This document shows, piece by piece, positions 17,528 to 26,700 of a stretch of 64,000 bases of DNA. Position 1 is the stretch's first letter. The number at the start of each line of letters is the position of its first letter. Source of the stretch: an uncultured delta proteobacterium (lineage in GTDB: Bacteria; Myxococcota_A; Polyangia; Polyangiales; Polyangiaceae); contig CAWAIF010000002.1 of NCBI GenBank assembly GCA_963782055.1, positions 288,001 through 352,000 of the forward strand, read 5' to 3'. Under the pieces are notes generated by a model. That model was not told the DNA's origin, did no database searches, and saw only the letters and a list, made by a program, of their open reading frames with translations. A program made the position numbers and the translations under genes.

Positions 17528-18541
17528 ATGCGCGGACGACGTCCAGCACGCGGGCCGAACACGCTCGCCGGGGCCGCCATCGCCGCCGCCCTGGTGCTGC
17601 TGCCCGGCGTCGCGCTCGCGCAGAGCGCCAGCAAGGAGGCCGATCGCCTCTTTCGCGAGGGCCGCAAGCTCGCCGAGTCCCACGACTACGCCTCCGCCTG
17701 TCCCAAGTTCGCGCAGAGCGAGAAGCTCGACCCGGCGCCGGGCACCCTCCTCAACCTCGCCGACTGCGAGGAGCGCACCGGTCACTTCGTGTCGGCGGCC
17801 GAGCACTACCGGCTCGCCGGGTCCGGCTTCGGGAAGAAGGACAAACGCCGCAACTTTGCCGCGCGCAAGGCCGCGGCGCTGGACAAGCGCATCGCGCACC
17901 TCACGCTGCGCCTGGCCGCCGGTGCGCCGGACGGGACCGTCGTCCGCCTCGGTGACGAGATCGTGGAGGGCGCGAAGCTCGGCGTCGCCGCCCCCGCCGA
18001 CCCCGGCGACGTGGTCGTCGTGGTGACCGCGCCGGGCCACCAGGAGAAGCGCTACCCGGTGAAGCTCGAGGATGGCGGCAAGGTGGACCTGACGGTGCAG
18101 CCGGGCGACGTCGTCGTCGCGCCGGTGGCGTCCTCGTCGCCGCCTGCGTCGCCCGGCGGACCGCCCTGGACCGCGGAGAAGCCCCCCGCGCACGGGTCCT
18201 CCTCGCTTCGCACGGCCGGCTTCGTCGTCGGCGGCGTCGGCGTGGCCGGGCTCGCGCTGGGCGCGGTCACCGGCATCCTCTCCGTCGACAAGGCGTCCAC
18301 GGTGCGTGCGCACTGCAACACCACCACCTACGACTGCGATCCGGAGGGCCTGGACGCCGCGCAGGCCGGGCAGGTGCTCTCGCCGCTCTCCACGGTGGGC
18401 TTCATCGCCGGCGGAGTGCTCGCCGCCACCGGCGTGGTGCTGGTGATCCTGGGCGGCAAGGGGCACAAGTCCACCTCGGCGTCGTGGGTGCCGCTGGTCG
18501 GCCCCACTTTCGCGGGCGCCGGTCTCGTGGGAAGATTCTGA
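17528..18541 (+). CDS. Exported TPR + PEGA-like protein with Gly-rich hairpin and C-terminal Phe
   Basis: Signal peptide ...ALAQ; ADRLFREGRKL...ACPKFAQSEKLDPAPGTLLNLADCEE TPR pattern; DPGDVVVVVTAPG PEGA-like; ends AGLVGRF. Confidence 0.85.
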   Translation: MRGRRPARGPNTLAGAAIAAALVLLPGVALAQSASKEADRLFREGRKLAESHDYASACPKFAQSEKLDPAPGTLLNLADCEERTGHFVSAAEHYRLAGSGFGKKDKRRNFAARKAAALDKRIAHLTLRLAAGAPDGTVVRLGDEIVEGAKLGVAAPADPGDVVVVVTAPGHQEKRYPVKLEDGGKVDLTVQPGDVVVAPVASSSPPASPGGPPWTAEKPPAHGSSSLRTAGFVVGGVGVAGLALGAVTGILSVDKASTVRAHCNTTTYDCDPEGLDAAQAGQVLSPLSTVGFIAGGVLAATGVVLVILGGKGHKSTSASWVPLVGPTFAGAGLVGRF

Positions 18542-18557
18542 GCTGGAGGAGGAGCCC

Positions 18558-20039
18558 ATGACGCCGAAGACAACGCGTACACCCCTTGCCGTCTTCGGGG
18601 CGCTCGTGGCCCTGCTCGTCGTGGGTTGCGGGACCCTTCTGGACGTCGATTTCGGCGCGGCGCACGGCGCCGATGGCGGCGTCGTGGTGCAGGGGCCGGA
18701 GGGCGGGGCCTGCGTTCCGAAGTCGTGCGCCGACCAGAAGCTGGAGTGCGGCGTGCAGAACGACGGGTGCGGCAACACCCTGGACTGCGGCACCTGCAAG
18801 ACGGGCGTCTGCAAGGAAGGCGTGTGCGCGTGCGTCGGCAAGACCTGCCCCGACCTGCAGGCCGAGTGCGGCACGGTGGACGATGGCTGCGGCGGCGCGC
18901 TCGACTGCGGCACCACGTGTCCCAAGGCGGGCGAGCAGTGCGTGGGCAACAAGTGCCAGTGCGTCCCCAAGACGTGCGTCGACCTCGGCTCGCCGGAGTG
19001 CGGGACCTACCCGACTGGCTGCGGAGACACCATCGTCTGCGGCGCCAACAACGGCGTCTGTCCGAACGGCAAGTACTGCGACAACGGCAAGTGCACGAAC
19101 AACCCGTGCACCCCCAAGACGTGCGCGGCCCTCGGCAACCCGTGCAACAAGGTGAGCGACGGGTGCGGCGGCCTCGTCGGCCCCTGCGTGACGTGCACCA
19201 ATCCGCAGACGTGCGGCGGCGGCGGCGTCGCCGGGCAGTGCGGCTGCACCAAGAAGACGTGCCAGCAGGCGGGCGCCACGTGCGGCGCTCCGGCCGACGG
19301 GTGCGGCGGCGCGCTGAGCTGCGGCTCCTGCACCAAGCCGGACACCTGTGGCGGTGGCGGTACCCAGTACAAGTGCGGCTGTACGCCGACGGGGAAGTGC
19401 CCGCAGGGCGCCGACTGCGGGACGGTGCCCGACGGGTGCGGCGGCAACGTCTCGTGCGGCCCCAACTGCAAGACGCCGCAGACGTGCGGCGGGGGCGGCG
19501 CCGCGAACGTCTGTGGCTGCACGTCCAACGGGAGCTGCTCCAACTGCTGCGGGTCCGGCACCGACAACTGCGGCAAGTCGTGTTTTGGCGACCTGTGTTG
19601 CGGCGGCGGCTGTTTCCCCGCCGGCTCGCAGGTGCTGATGGCCGACGGCGCCGAGCGCGCCATCGAGACGCTCCACGCCGGGGACATGGTCATGACCTAC
19701 GTCCCCGAGACCGGCTCCCTGGTCCCGCAGGCAGTGAAGGCCCTCGTCACCCACGACCCGAGCTTCTCGCAGCATGGCATCGTGGTGATTGACGGCACCA
19801 TCCGCGCGACGCCCAACCACCCGATGTTCACCACGCGCGGCACCGTCCCGGCCGGGCAGATCCAGGTGGGCGACGAGATCGTCGTCGCGCGGCCCGGCGC
19901 GCAGGGGGCCGTCACGGCGGTCGGCAAGCAGGTAGGCAGCGTCTACATCGCGCCCGGCGGCATGGTGACCTACGACCTGAAGGTCGGCGGCACGGGCGAC
20001 ATGTTCATCCAGAACGGCGTGTTTCTTCAGAAGCAGTGA
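18558..20039 (+). CDS. Cys-rich repeat lipoprotein with C-terminal Hint domain
   Basis: GGAGGAG RBS; lipobox LVVGC; repeated C.PKTC.....CG...DGCGG...CG.C units; Hint from codon 19611 (GG|CFPAGSQVLMADG, ATPNHP, TYDLKV, FIQNGVFL). Confidence 0.9.
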   Translation: MTPKTTRTPLAVFGALVALLVVGCGTLLDVDFGAAHGADGGVVVQGPEGGACVPKSCADQKLECGVQNDGCGNTLDCGTCKTGVCKEGVCACVGKTCPDLQAECGTVDDGCGGALDCGTTCPKAGEQCVGNKCQCVPKTCVDLGSPECGTYPTGCGDTIVCGANNGVCPNGKYCDNGKCTNNPCTPKTCAALGNPCNKVSDGCGGLVGPCVTCTNPQTCGGGGVAGQCGCTKKTCQQAGATCGAPADGCGGALSCGSCTKPDTCGGGGTQYKCGCTPTGKCPQGADCGTVPDGCGGNVSCGPNCKTPQTCGGGGAANVCGCTSNGSCSNCCGSGTDNCGKSCFGDLCCGGGCFPAGSQVLMADGAERAIETLHAGDMVMTYVPETGSLVPQAVKALVTHDPSFSQHGIVVIDGTIRATPNHPMFTTRGTVPAGQIQVGDEIVVARPGAQGAVTAVGKQVGSVYIAPGGMVTYDLKVGGTGDMFIQNGVFLQKQ

Positions 20040-20811
20040 ACGCCTGACGGAAGGTGCGCGGCGCGCGACGCGTGCGGGTGCAGCGCGTCGCGGCGCTCAT
20101 GTAGCAGACGGTGAAGGCGCGCCGCGGGCGGGTCGTGACGTTCCTCCCGGAGCGGTGCCAGAGGTAGTTGTGGATCAGCACCACGTCGCCCGCGCGTGCG
20201 GGCACGGCCAGGGCGCGATCCTCCGCGCTCGCGCTCTGCGCCGCCGCCTTCGGCACCACGCCGCCCGCCGGCGTCACCAGCCCCGCGAGGTGCGTGCCGG
20301 GCACGACCTGGATGCAGCCCGCGTCGGCCGACGCGTCGTCCAGCGCGGTCCACACCTGGAGCGGCGGGTCGCGGTCCAGCCCCCAGAAGAGGCCGGCGTC
20401 CTGGTGCCACGGCAGGTCGGACCCGCCGCGCGCCGACTTGTTGAAGACCGCGGCGCGGTAGGTCGTCACCGCGCCGTCGATGACGCCGGCCGCGAGCCGC
20501 TCGAAGAGCGGGTTGTCCACCCACGCGGCGAAGAGCGGGTCCTTCTCCAGCTTCTCCACCTTGCGATACCCCAGCGACGGCCCCTGCCAGCCCTTGCCGT
20601 ACTCCAGGTCGTCGTAGCGCCCGGTCGCGGCGTCGTGCTGGAAGAAGAGGCCCTCACGGACGACCTCCCCGAGCATGATGGCGTCGATGCGCTCGCGCAG
20701 GGCGCGCAGCGTCACCTCGCTCGCGACGCGGGGGAGCAGGGCCCAGCCGTGCTCGCGGTAGCTCGAGAGCGCGGCGGTCACGTCATAGTCGGCGAGCGGC
20801 CGGGCGAGCAT
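20005..20811 (-). CDS. Phytanoyl-CoA dioxygenase (PhyH) family Fe(II)/2OG oxygenase
   Basis: PWHQD, VWTALDD, GCIQVVPGTH, AGDVVLIHNYLWHRSGRN..RPRRA. Confidence 0.92.
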   Translation of the reverse strand: MLARPLADYDVTAALSSYREHGWALLPRVASEVTLRALRERIDAIMLGEVVREGLFFQHDAATGRYDDLEYGKGWQGPSLGYRKVEKLEKDPLFAAWVDNPLFERLAAGVIDGAVTTYRAAVFNKSARGGSDLPWHQDAGLFWGLDRDPPLQVWTALDDASADAGCIQVVPGTHLAGLVTPAGGVVPKAAAQSASAEDRALAVPARAGDVVLIHNYLWHRSGRNVTTRPRRAFTVCYMSAATRCTRTRRAPRTFRQAFTASEETRRSG

Positions 20812-20813
20812 GG

Positions 20814-21791
20814 TCAGCGCGCGTAGGTGGCGTCGGTGCCGGCGAGCGCGCGGTGGATGGCGTCCACCTTGCGTGACGCCTCCTCCGGCACCGGCTTCTG
20901 CACGGCGGCGATGGCGTCCTCCAGGTGCGCCACGCTGCCCGGCCCGACGAGCACCGAGTCCACGCCCGGACGCCTCGCCTCCCACGCGTAGGCGAGCTCG
21001 AGCAGTCGCATCCCGGCGTCCGCCGCCACCGCGGCGAGCTGCTCGGTCGCGTCGAAGAAGGCGTCGGAGAGGTAGCGCCGCGCGTAGAGCGCGTTGTGGT
21101 CGAAGCGGGAGCCCGCCAGCGTGGAGCGGTCGCGCTCGTGCTTGCCCGCGAGCAGCCCGCCGGCGAGCGGGTTGTAGACCGTCGTGTGGATGGGGTAGCG
21201 CCGGGAGAACTTGAAGTACTCCACGTCCAGCTGGCGGATGAGCAGGTTGTACATCTGCTGCGAGACCACCGGCCGCGGCATGCCCGCGCGGTCGGCGAGC
21301 TGCATGATCTCCAGGATCTGCCAGGAGGCGTAGTTGGAGACACCCCAGCGGCGCACCTTGCCCGCGCGGAGCAGCTCGTGCATGGCGCCGAGCGACTCCT
21401 CGATGGGCGTCGTGGGGTCGGGGACGTGGAGGTAGTACAGGTCGATGGCGCCGACGCCCAGCCGGCCCAGGCTCTCGTCGCAGGCGGCGGCGATGCGCGC
21501 GGCGGAGAGGCCCTCCGGCGCGCCGGACGTCCGCCCGAAGCCGACCTTCGTCGCGACCAGCACCTGGTCGTGCTTGCCGCGCACCGCCTCGCCGACGAGG
21601 CGCTCCGACTCCCCACCGTTGTAGGCGTTGGCGGTGTCGAAGAGGGCGATGCCGGCGTCCAGCGCGCGTGCCATGATGCGCAGCGACTCCTCCCGGGAGG
21701 TACGCTTGCCGAAGTTCATGCAGCCCAGCACGAGCGGCGCAGGCGCGTCGCCCTGCCTGGGCTGAAAGTAACGGTCGGATCCCCGATGCAT
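20814..21791 (-). CDS. Aldo/keto reductase
   Basis: LGCMNFG, FDTANAY, ATKVG, IDLYYLH, GVSNY, YNPLAGGLL; exact start uncertain. Confidence 0.93.
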   Translation of the reverse strand: MHRGSDRYFQPRQGDAPAPLVLGCMNFGKRTSREESLRIMARALDAGIALFDTANAYNGGESERLVGEAVRGKHDQVLVATKVGFGRTSGAPEGLSAARIAAACDESLGRLGVGAIDLYYLHVPDPTTPIEESLGAMHELLRAGKVRRWGVSNYASWQILEIMQLADRAGMPRPVVSQQMYNLLIRQLDVEYFKFSRRYPIHTTVYNPLAGGLLAGKHERDRSTLAGSRFDHNALYARRYLSDAFFDATEQLAAVAADAGMRLLELAYAWEARRPGVDSVLVGPGSVAHLEDAIAAVQKPVPEEASRKVDAIHRALAGTDATYAR

Positions 21792-22391
21792 CGCCGCCCT
21801 TTCTACCACCTCGCGCTGGCGCTCGCCCTCCTGGCGACGCCGGCCTCGGCCCATTTCCGCGGCATCTCCTCCAGCGACTACACCCTGGGCGAGGACGGGC
21901 GCGTCGGCGCGAAGATGACGATCGCCCTGGCCGACCTGGCCTCCATCGACCCCGACGCGAAGGATCCCGCCTCCGAGGCCGTGGCGCGCAGGGTCTGGGA
22001 CCGGGGCGTGGAGGTGAAGGGGGACGGCAAGGCGTGCGCGCCCGCCGACGAGCACGCCGAGAAATCCGGCGGCGACGGCCTGGACCTCACCGCGACCTTC
22101 GCCTGCCCCGCCGGGACCAGAAAGCTGCAGATTACACTCTTCTTCCTCGACGACGTCTTCGCCTCCCACCGCCACGTGGCCCGCATCACCGCCGGCCGCG
22201 AGACGGTGCAGAAGGTCCTCTCCCCCGCCGACAGGGTCGTCACGTGGGAGTCCCGCGAGCCCGCGCGCCCCGCGCACGGCCTCCGCGCGGGCCGTGGCCT
22301 CACCCTCGCGGCCGCCGTCGCCGGGGCCGCGCTCTTCTTGTGGCTCGGCCGTCGCCGCGCGCGCCGTGCTTCCACTACACTCGGCTCGTGA
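21786..22391 (+). CDS. Hypothetical exported protein with C-terminal TM anchor (HupE/UreJ-associated N-domain-like)
   Basis: Signal peptide ...PASAH; two Cys; HRHVA; C-terminal TM followed by RRRARR; GTGA overlap with the next gene. Confidence 0.65.
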   Translation: MHRRPFYHLALALALLATPASAHFRGISSSDYTLGEDGRVGAKMTIALADLASIDPDAKDPASEAVARRVWDRGVEVKGDGKACAPADEHAEKSGGDGLDLTATFACPAGTRKLQITLFFLDDVFASHRHVARITAGRETVQKVLSPADRVVTWESREPARPAHGLRAGRGLTLAAAVAGAALFLWLGRRRARRASTTLGS

Positions 22392-23686
22392 ACGACAAGC
22401 TCGCCATCCTCGTCGCCGGCGGTCCCGCGCCGGGCATCAACAGCGTCATCGGCGCCGCCACCATCCGCGCGTGCCTCTCCGGCGTGCCCGTGCTCGGCAT
22501 CCAGGAGGGCTTCCGGTGGATCATGGAGGGGGACACCTCCCGCGTCGTCCCGCTCTCCATCGTCGAGACCAGCCGCATCCACTTCCGTGGCGGCTCCTTC
22601 CTCGGCATCTCGCGCGCCAACCCCACCAAGAAGCCGGAGCTGCTCTCCCGCGCGCTGGAGTCGCTGGACCGCCTGGGCGTCGGCATGCTCATCACCATCG
22701 GCGGCGACGACACCGCCTACAGCGCGTACCGCCTCGCGCAGGCCTCCCGCGGGGCGCTGCGCGTCGTGCACGTGCCCAAGACCATCGACAACGACCTGGA
22801 CCTCCCGGAGGGCACGCCGACGTTCGGCTACATCACCGCGCGGAGCATCGGCGTGGGCGTCGTGCAAAATCTGATGGTGGACGCCAAGACCACCGGGCGC
22901 TGGTACCTGGTGGTGGCGATGGGGCGGAAGGCGGGGCACCTGGCGCTGGGGATCGGCAAGGCGGCGGGCGCGACGATCACCCTCATCCCGGAGGAGTTCA
23001 CCGGGCACAACGCGCGCCTGTCCATGATCGTCGATACGCTGGCCGGGTCGGTGATCAAGCGCCTCGCGTCGGGACGCACCGACGGCGTCGCCGTCCTCGC
23101 GGAGGGCCTGGTGGAGACGCTCCCGGAGGAGGAGCTGGCCGGGCTCGCGACGGCCGAGCGCGACGAGCACGGCCACATCCGCCTCGCCGAGATCGACTTC
23201 GGCGAGATCATCAAGACCGCCCTGCGCAAGCGGCTCGCCGCGCTCGGGCTGCACCCCACCCTCGTCGCCAAGAACATCGGCTACGAGCTGCGCTGCGCCG
23301 ACCCGGTCCCCACCGACATGGAGTACACGCGCGACCTCGGCTACTGCGCCGCGCGCTACGTCATCGAGGGCGGCTCCAACGTGCTCATCTCCATGCTGGC
23401 GGGGAGCTTCAAGCCCATCCCCTTCGCCTCCATCATGGACCCGGCGACGGGTCGCATGCGCGTGCGCATGGTGAAGCTGGACTCCGACCGCTACCGCATC
23501 GCGCGCACGTACATGCTCCGCCTCCGCAGGAGCGACCTGGACGACCGCCCGGAGATGCAGCGCCTCGGCGCCACCGTGGGCATGAAGCCGTCGGCGTTCC
23601 GGCAGGAGTTCCAGCACGTGTTCGACGCCGACCTGGAACCCATCCGGAACCTGAGCGACATCCCGCCGCCCGTCGCGCCCAGGTAG
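22388..23686 (+). CDS. pfp: Phosphofructokinase, probably pyrophosphate-dependent
   Basis: GGPAPGINSVI, IGGDDT, PKTIDNDL, MGRKAG, GYELRC; GGDD plus PKTIDND is the PPi-type signature. Confidence 0.88.
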   Translation: MNDKLAILVAGGPAPGINSVIGAATIRACLSGVPVLGIQEGFRWIMEGDTSRVVPLSIVETSRIHFRGGSFLGISRANPTKKPELLSRALESLDRLGVGMLITIGGDDTAYSAYRLAQASRGALRVVHVPKTIDNDLDLPEGTPTFGYITARSIGVGVVQNLMVDAKTTGRWYLVVAMGRKAGHLALGIGKAAGATITLIPEEFTGHNARLSMIVDTLAGSVIKRLASGRTDGVAVLAEGLVETLPEEELAGLATAERDEHGHIRLAEIDFGEIIKTALRKRLAALGLHPTLVAKNIGYELRCADPVPTDMEYTRDLGYCAARYVIEGGSNVLISMLAGSFKPIPFASIMDPATGRMRVRMVKLDSDRYRIARTYMLRLRRSDLDDRPEMQRLGATVGMKPSAFRQEFQHVFDADLEPIRNLSDIPPPVAPR

Positions 23687-23760
23687 CGGCTGGATTATTC
23701 CAGGGTCCGCGCATTCCCCCACCCTCGGGAACCCGTCGTGAAGGAGCCTGTCCCATAGCC

Positions 23761-26700
23761 ATGCGCCGCCGCCTCCTCTCCATCGCCGGCCTCCTCGTCG
23801 CGGCCTCCCTCGGGGTGCTCGCCCCGCACGCCGCGGGCGCGCAGCCGGATCCCGCGGCGCGTGGACTGGACACCTTCATCGAGTCCAGTCAGGCCGCCAT
23901 CTCCGGCGGCACGCTCCCGGTGCAGCTGGAGACCTTCGGCTTCCCGGTCGCCAACGCGATGAAGCCGCTCGCCGGCGTGCAGGTCGACGCCGCGTGGGAC
24001 CCGGAGTCGCTCGGTCCCAACGTGGCGGCGGCGCCGCCCGCGGTCTCCGCCAAGAGCGACGCCCAGGGCCACCTCACGCTCGTGGTGCCGGTGCCTCGCG
24101 GCGACGCGCGCCCGCTCAAGCTCCTCGTCGGCCTCCGCTACGGCGCGCACGCGCGCACGCGGACGGTCACCGTCAAGCGCACCCTCGCGGATCGCGTGGA
24201 GCTTCACGTCGCAGACGCGCGCGTGGTGCCCGGCAGCACGCTCACCGCGTGGGTCACCGTGCGCAGCGCGACGGACGCATCGCCGGAGGGGCAGGTCCCG
24301 GTGGAGGTCGCCCTGCGCGAGGGGGCCTACGCGCGCACGACGCTGCGCGCGGTGACCGACGCCTCCGGCACCGCCGTCGTCCGCGTCCCCATCCCCACCA
24401 CCGACGACCCGAGCTGGACCTGGAACCTGGTCGCCTCGGTGAGCCGCGGGGACGTGGAGAGCACCTCCAGCGCGACCCTCACGCCGCGTGACGAGACGCC
24501 GGGCCTGCCGCAGGTCCGGGCGCACTTCGACGCGCCCAACGTGGACGTCGGCAAGCAGGTGGGCTTCACCATCGTCCTGCGCGATGGCAGCGGCGAGCCC
24601 ATCGCCGGCTTGCCGCTGCGCTACTGGCTCGGACCCACCGGCACGCACGCGCCCACCGAGGAGAAGGCGTGGCTCGCGGCCTCGAAGCCCGCGAAGACCA
24701 GCACCGTCGGGGAGGTCCACGGCACCGCCGACGCGCCGAAGGTCCTCGCCCCCGGCGCGGCGGTGGACGTGCAGCTGGTGGTGCGCACCACCTTCGAGGG
24801 CCGCGCGCTCACCACGGCGACCTCGGTGCCGGTGAGCTCCTCCGCCGCCTACGCGATGCTCTCCCCGGAGGCTCGCCGCATCGTGCCCGGCCTGGAGCAG
24901 CGCATGCTCCTCATCGTGCGCGACGGGGACGACCACCCCATCGTCGGGCGCTTCCGTGTCGAGGGCGACGGCCTCGCCCAGGAGGTGAGCACCGACGCCG
25001 CCGGGGAGGCGGAGATCACGTGGAAGCCGCCCGCCGACCTGGGCGCGCGCCGTGACGTCGGGCCTTGCGCCGGAGGTGTCGCCGCGACGGTGCGGGTGCG
25101 CCCTCTCGGCACCATCCTGGCGCTCGCGTCGCACCCGGAGCCCTTCGACCTGTGCGTGCAGGTGGACCGCGACCAGGACGCGATGGTCCACCTGGACCAC
25201 ACCATCGCGCGGCTCGGCGGGGAGGTCCACGCGCGTGCCTTCGCGCGGACCGGCGGCGCCGGCCCGTGGAGCGTGACGGTGCGCGATTCCGCACGGCACC
25301 ATCGCCGGGACGCGCTGGATGAACGACGGCGCCGCGGGCGTCGACATCCCGCTGCGCGGCGGCGAGCCGGGCGTGTGGACCATCGAGGCCTCCGAGCCGC
25401 AGGCCGCCCGGGCCGCGCGCGTCGCGTCCACCGCGCTCATGGTCCTGCCGGCGACCCTCCCGCGCATCTCGGCGAAGATCACCGGCGGCCGCGCGGTGCC
25501 CAACGGTAGGGTGGAGGTGGACGCCCGCGTCTACGACGACGCGGGCAAGCCGCTGGTCGGCACCGTCGCCGCGGTGCTGGTGGACCTGGAGGGCGGCGGC
25601 TCCCTCGCCGGGCTGGAGGCCTTCGACACCCGCGCGCACCTCTGCAGGGCGCTCGGCGCCAACCGCGACCGCTGCGCCGCGGCGCTCTCCACCGGTCCGG
25701 AGCTCGACGCCTTCCGCCGCGGCCATCTGGGCGACAGGCTGGGCCTCCCGCCCTCGCCGCTCCACGACCCGGGCGAGACCCTGAAGTCCGACCTGGACGA
25801 CGCCTTCGCCGAGGTGCTCCGGTCCCTGGAGGGCGCGGTGTACGAGGCGACCTCCTCGCCCGACCGGCTGAAGGACGTGCGTCGCAAGGAGGGCGGCCGC
25901 TTCGTCTTCAACCCCGAGCTTCTGACCCTCACCACCGCGGCGATGGACCACCCGCCGCGCACGCCGGGCGGCGAGCCCATCGTGCTGGGAGACCTGCTCG
26001 ACGTCGACAGGCAGGTCACCTTCGACAACGTCGCCCGGCGCGTCACGCGGCTGAAGCTCTTCCGCGTGCTCGCGGCGGTGCGCGGCTACAAGCTGGACGA
26101 GCGCCTCACCGACGACGAGCCCGTCTTCCGCGACCCCGACGCGCTGCTGCGGCGGCTGGCGCGCGACGGCACCCTCACGCAGGACCAGCTCCTCGACCCG
26201 TGGGGCGGCACCATGCAGTTCGTCAAGAACGGCACGCCCGCCTTCCCCTTCCTGAGCGTCGTGCGCGGGTGGGAGCTTCGCTCGCCCGGGCCGGACGGGC
26301 GGCTGGGGACGGCTGACGACGTCCGCGATCCCTTCGGCCGCGTGGTGACCAGCAAGTCGCCGTACGCGCGCGCGGTGGACGAGGACCGCATCGTCGACGC
26401 CAAGTACGACGTGCGCGTCGCCGACTCCACCGTCTCCGCGTGGCAGTCGCTGCTGGAGGCGAACACCGGGACGCAGCTCGGCGGATTGGGCCTCTCCGGG
26501 ATCGGCACGGGAGGCGGCGGCTCGGGGGAGGGCACCGGCTACGGCTACGGCCGCGGGGGCCTGGGTCACGGCGCCGCCGTGCGCCCGCGGACCGCGCTCG
26601 CCACCGGAGACGCCTTCTTCGCGGCGCCGGTGCGCACCGACGCCGACGGGCACGTGCACTTCTCGGTGCCGCTCGGCTCGGCGGAGACGACCTGGGGCCT

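Noticed and set aside
19611..20039. Mobile intein
   Set aside because: No homing endonuclease, no terminal Asn and no C-extein.
20005..21791. Secondary-metabolite cluster around the PhyH oxygenase and aldo/keto reductase
   Set aside because: No scaffold-forming enzyme or precursor peptide nearby.
7618..23686. Polyphosphate/PPi metabolic cluster (ppk1, DHH, pfp)
   Set aside because: Genes are in different transcription units separated by unrelated genes.
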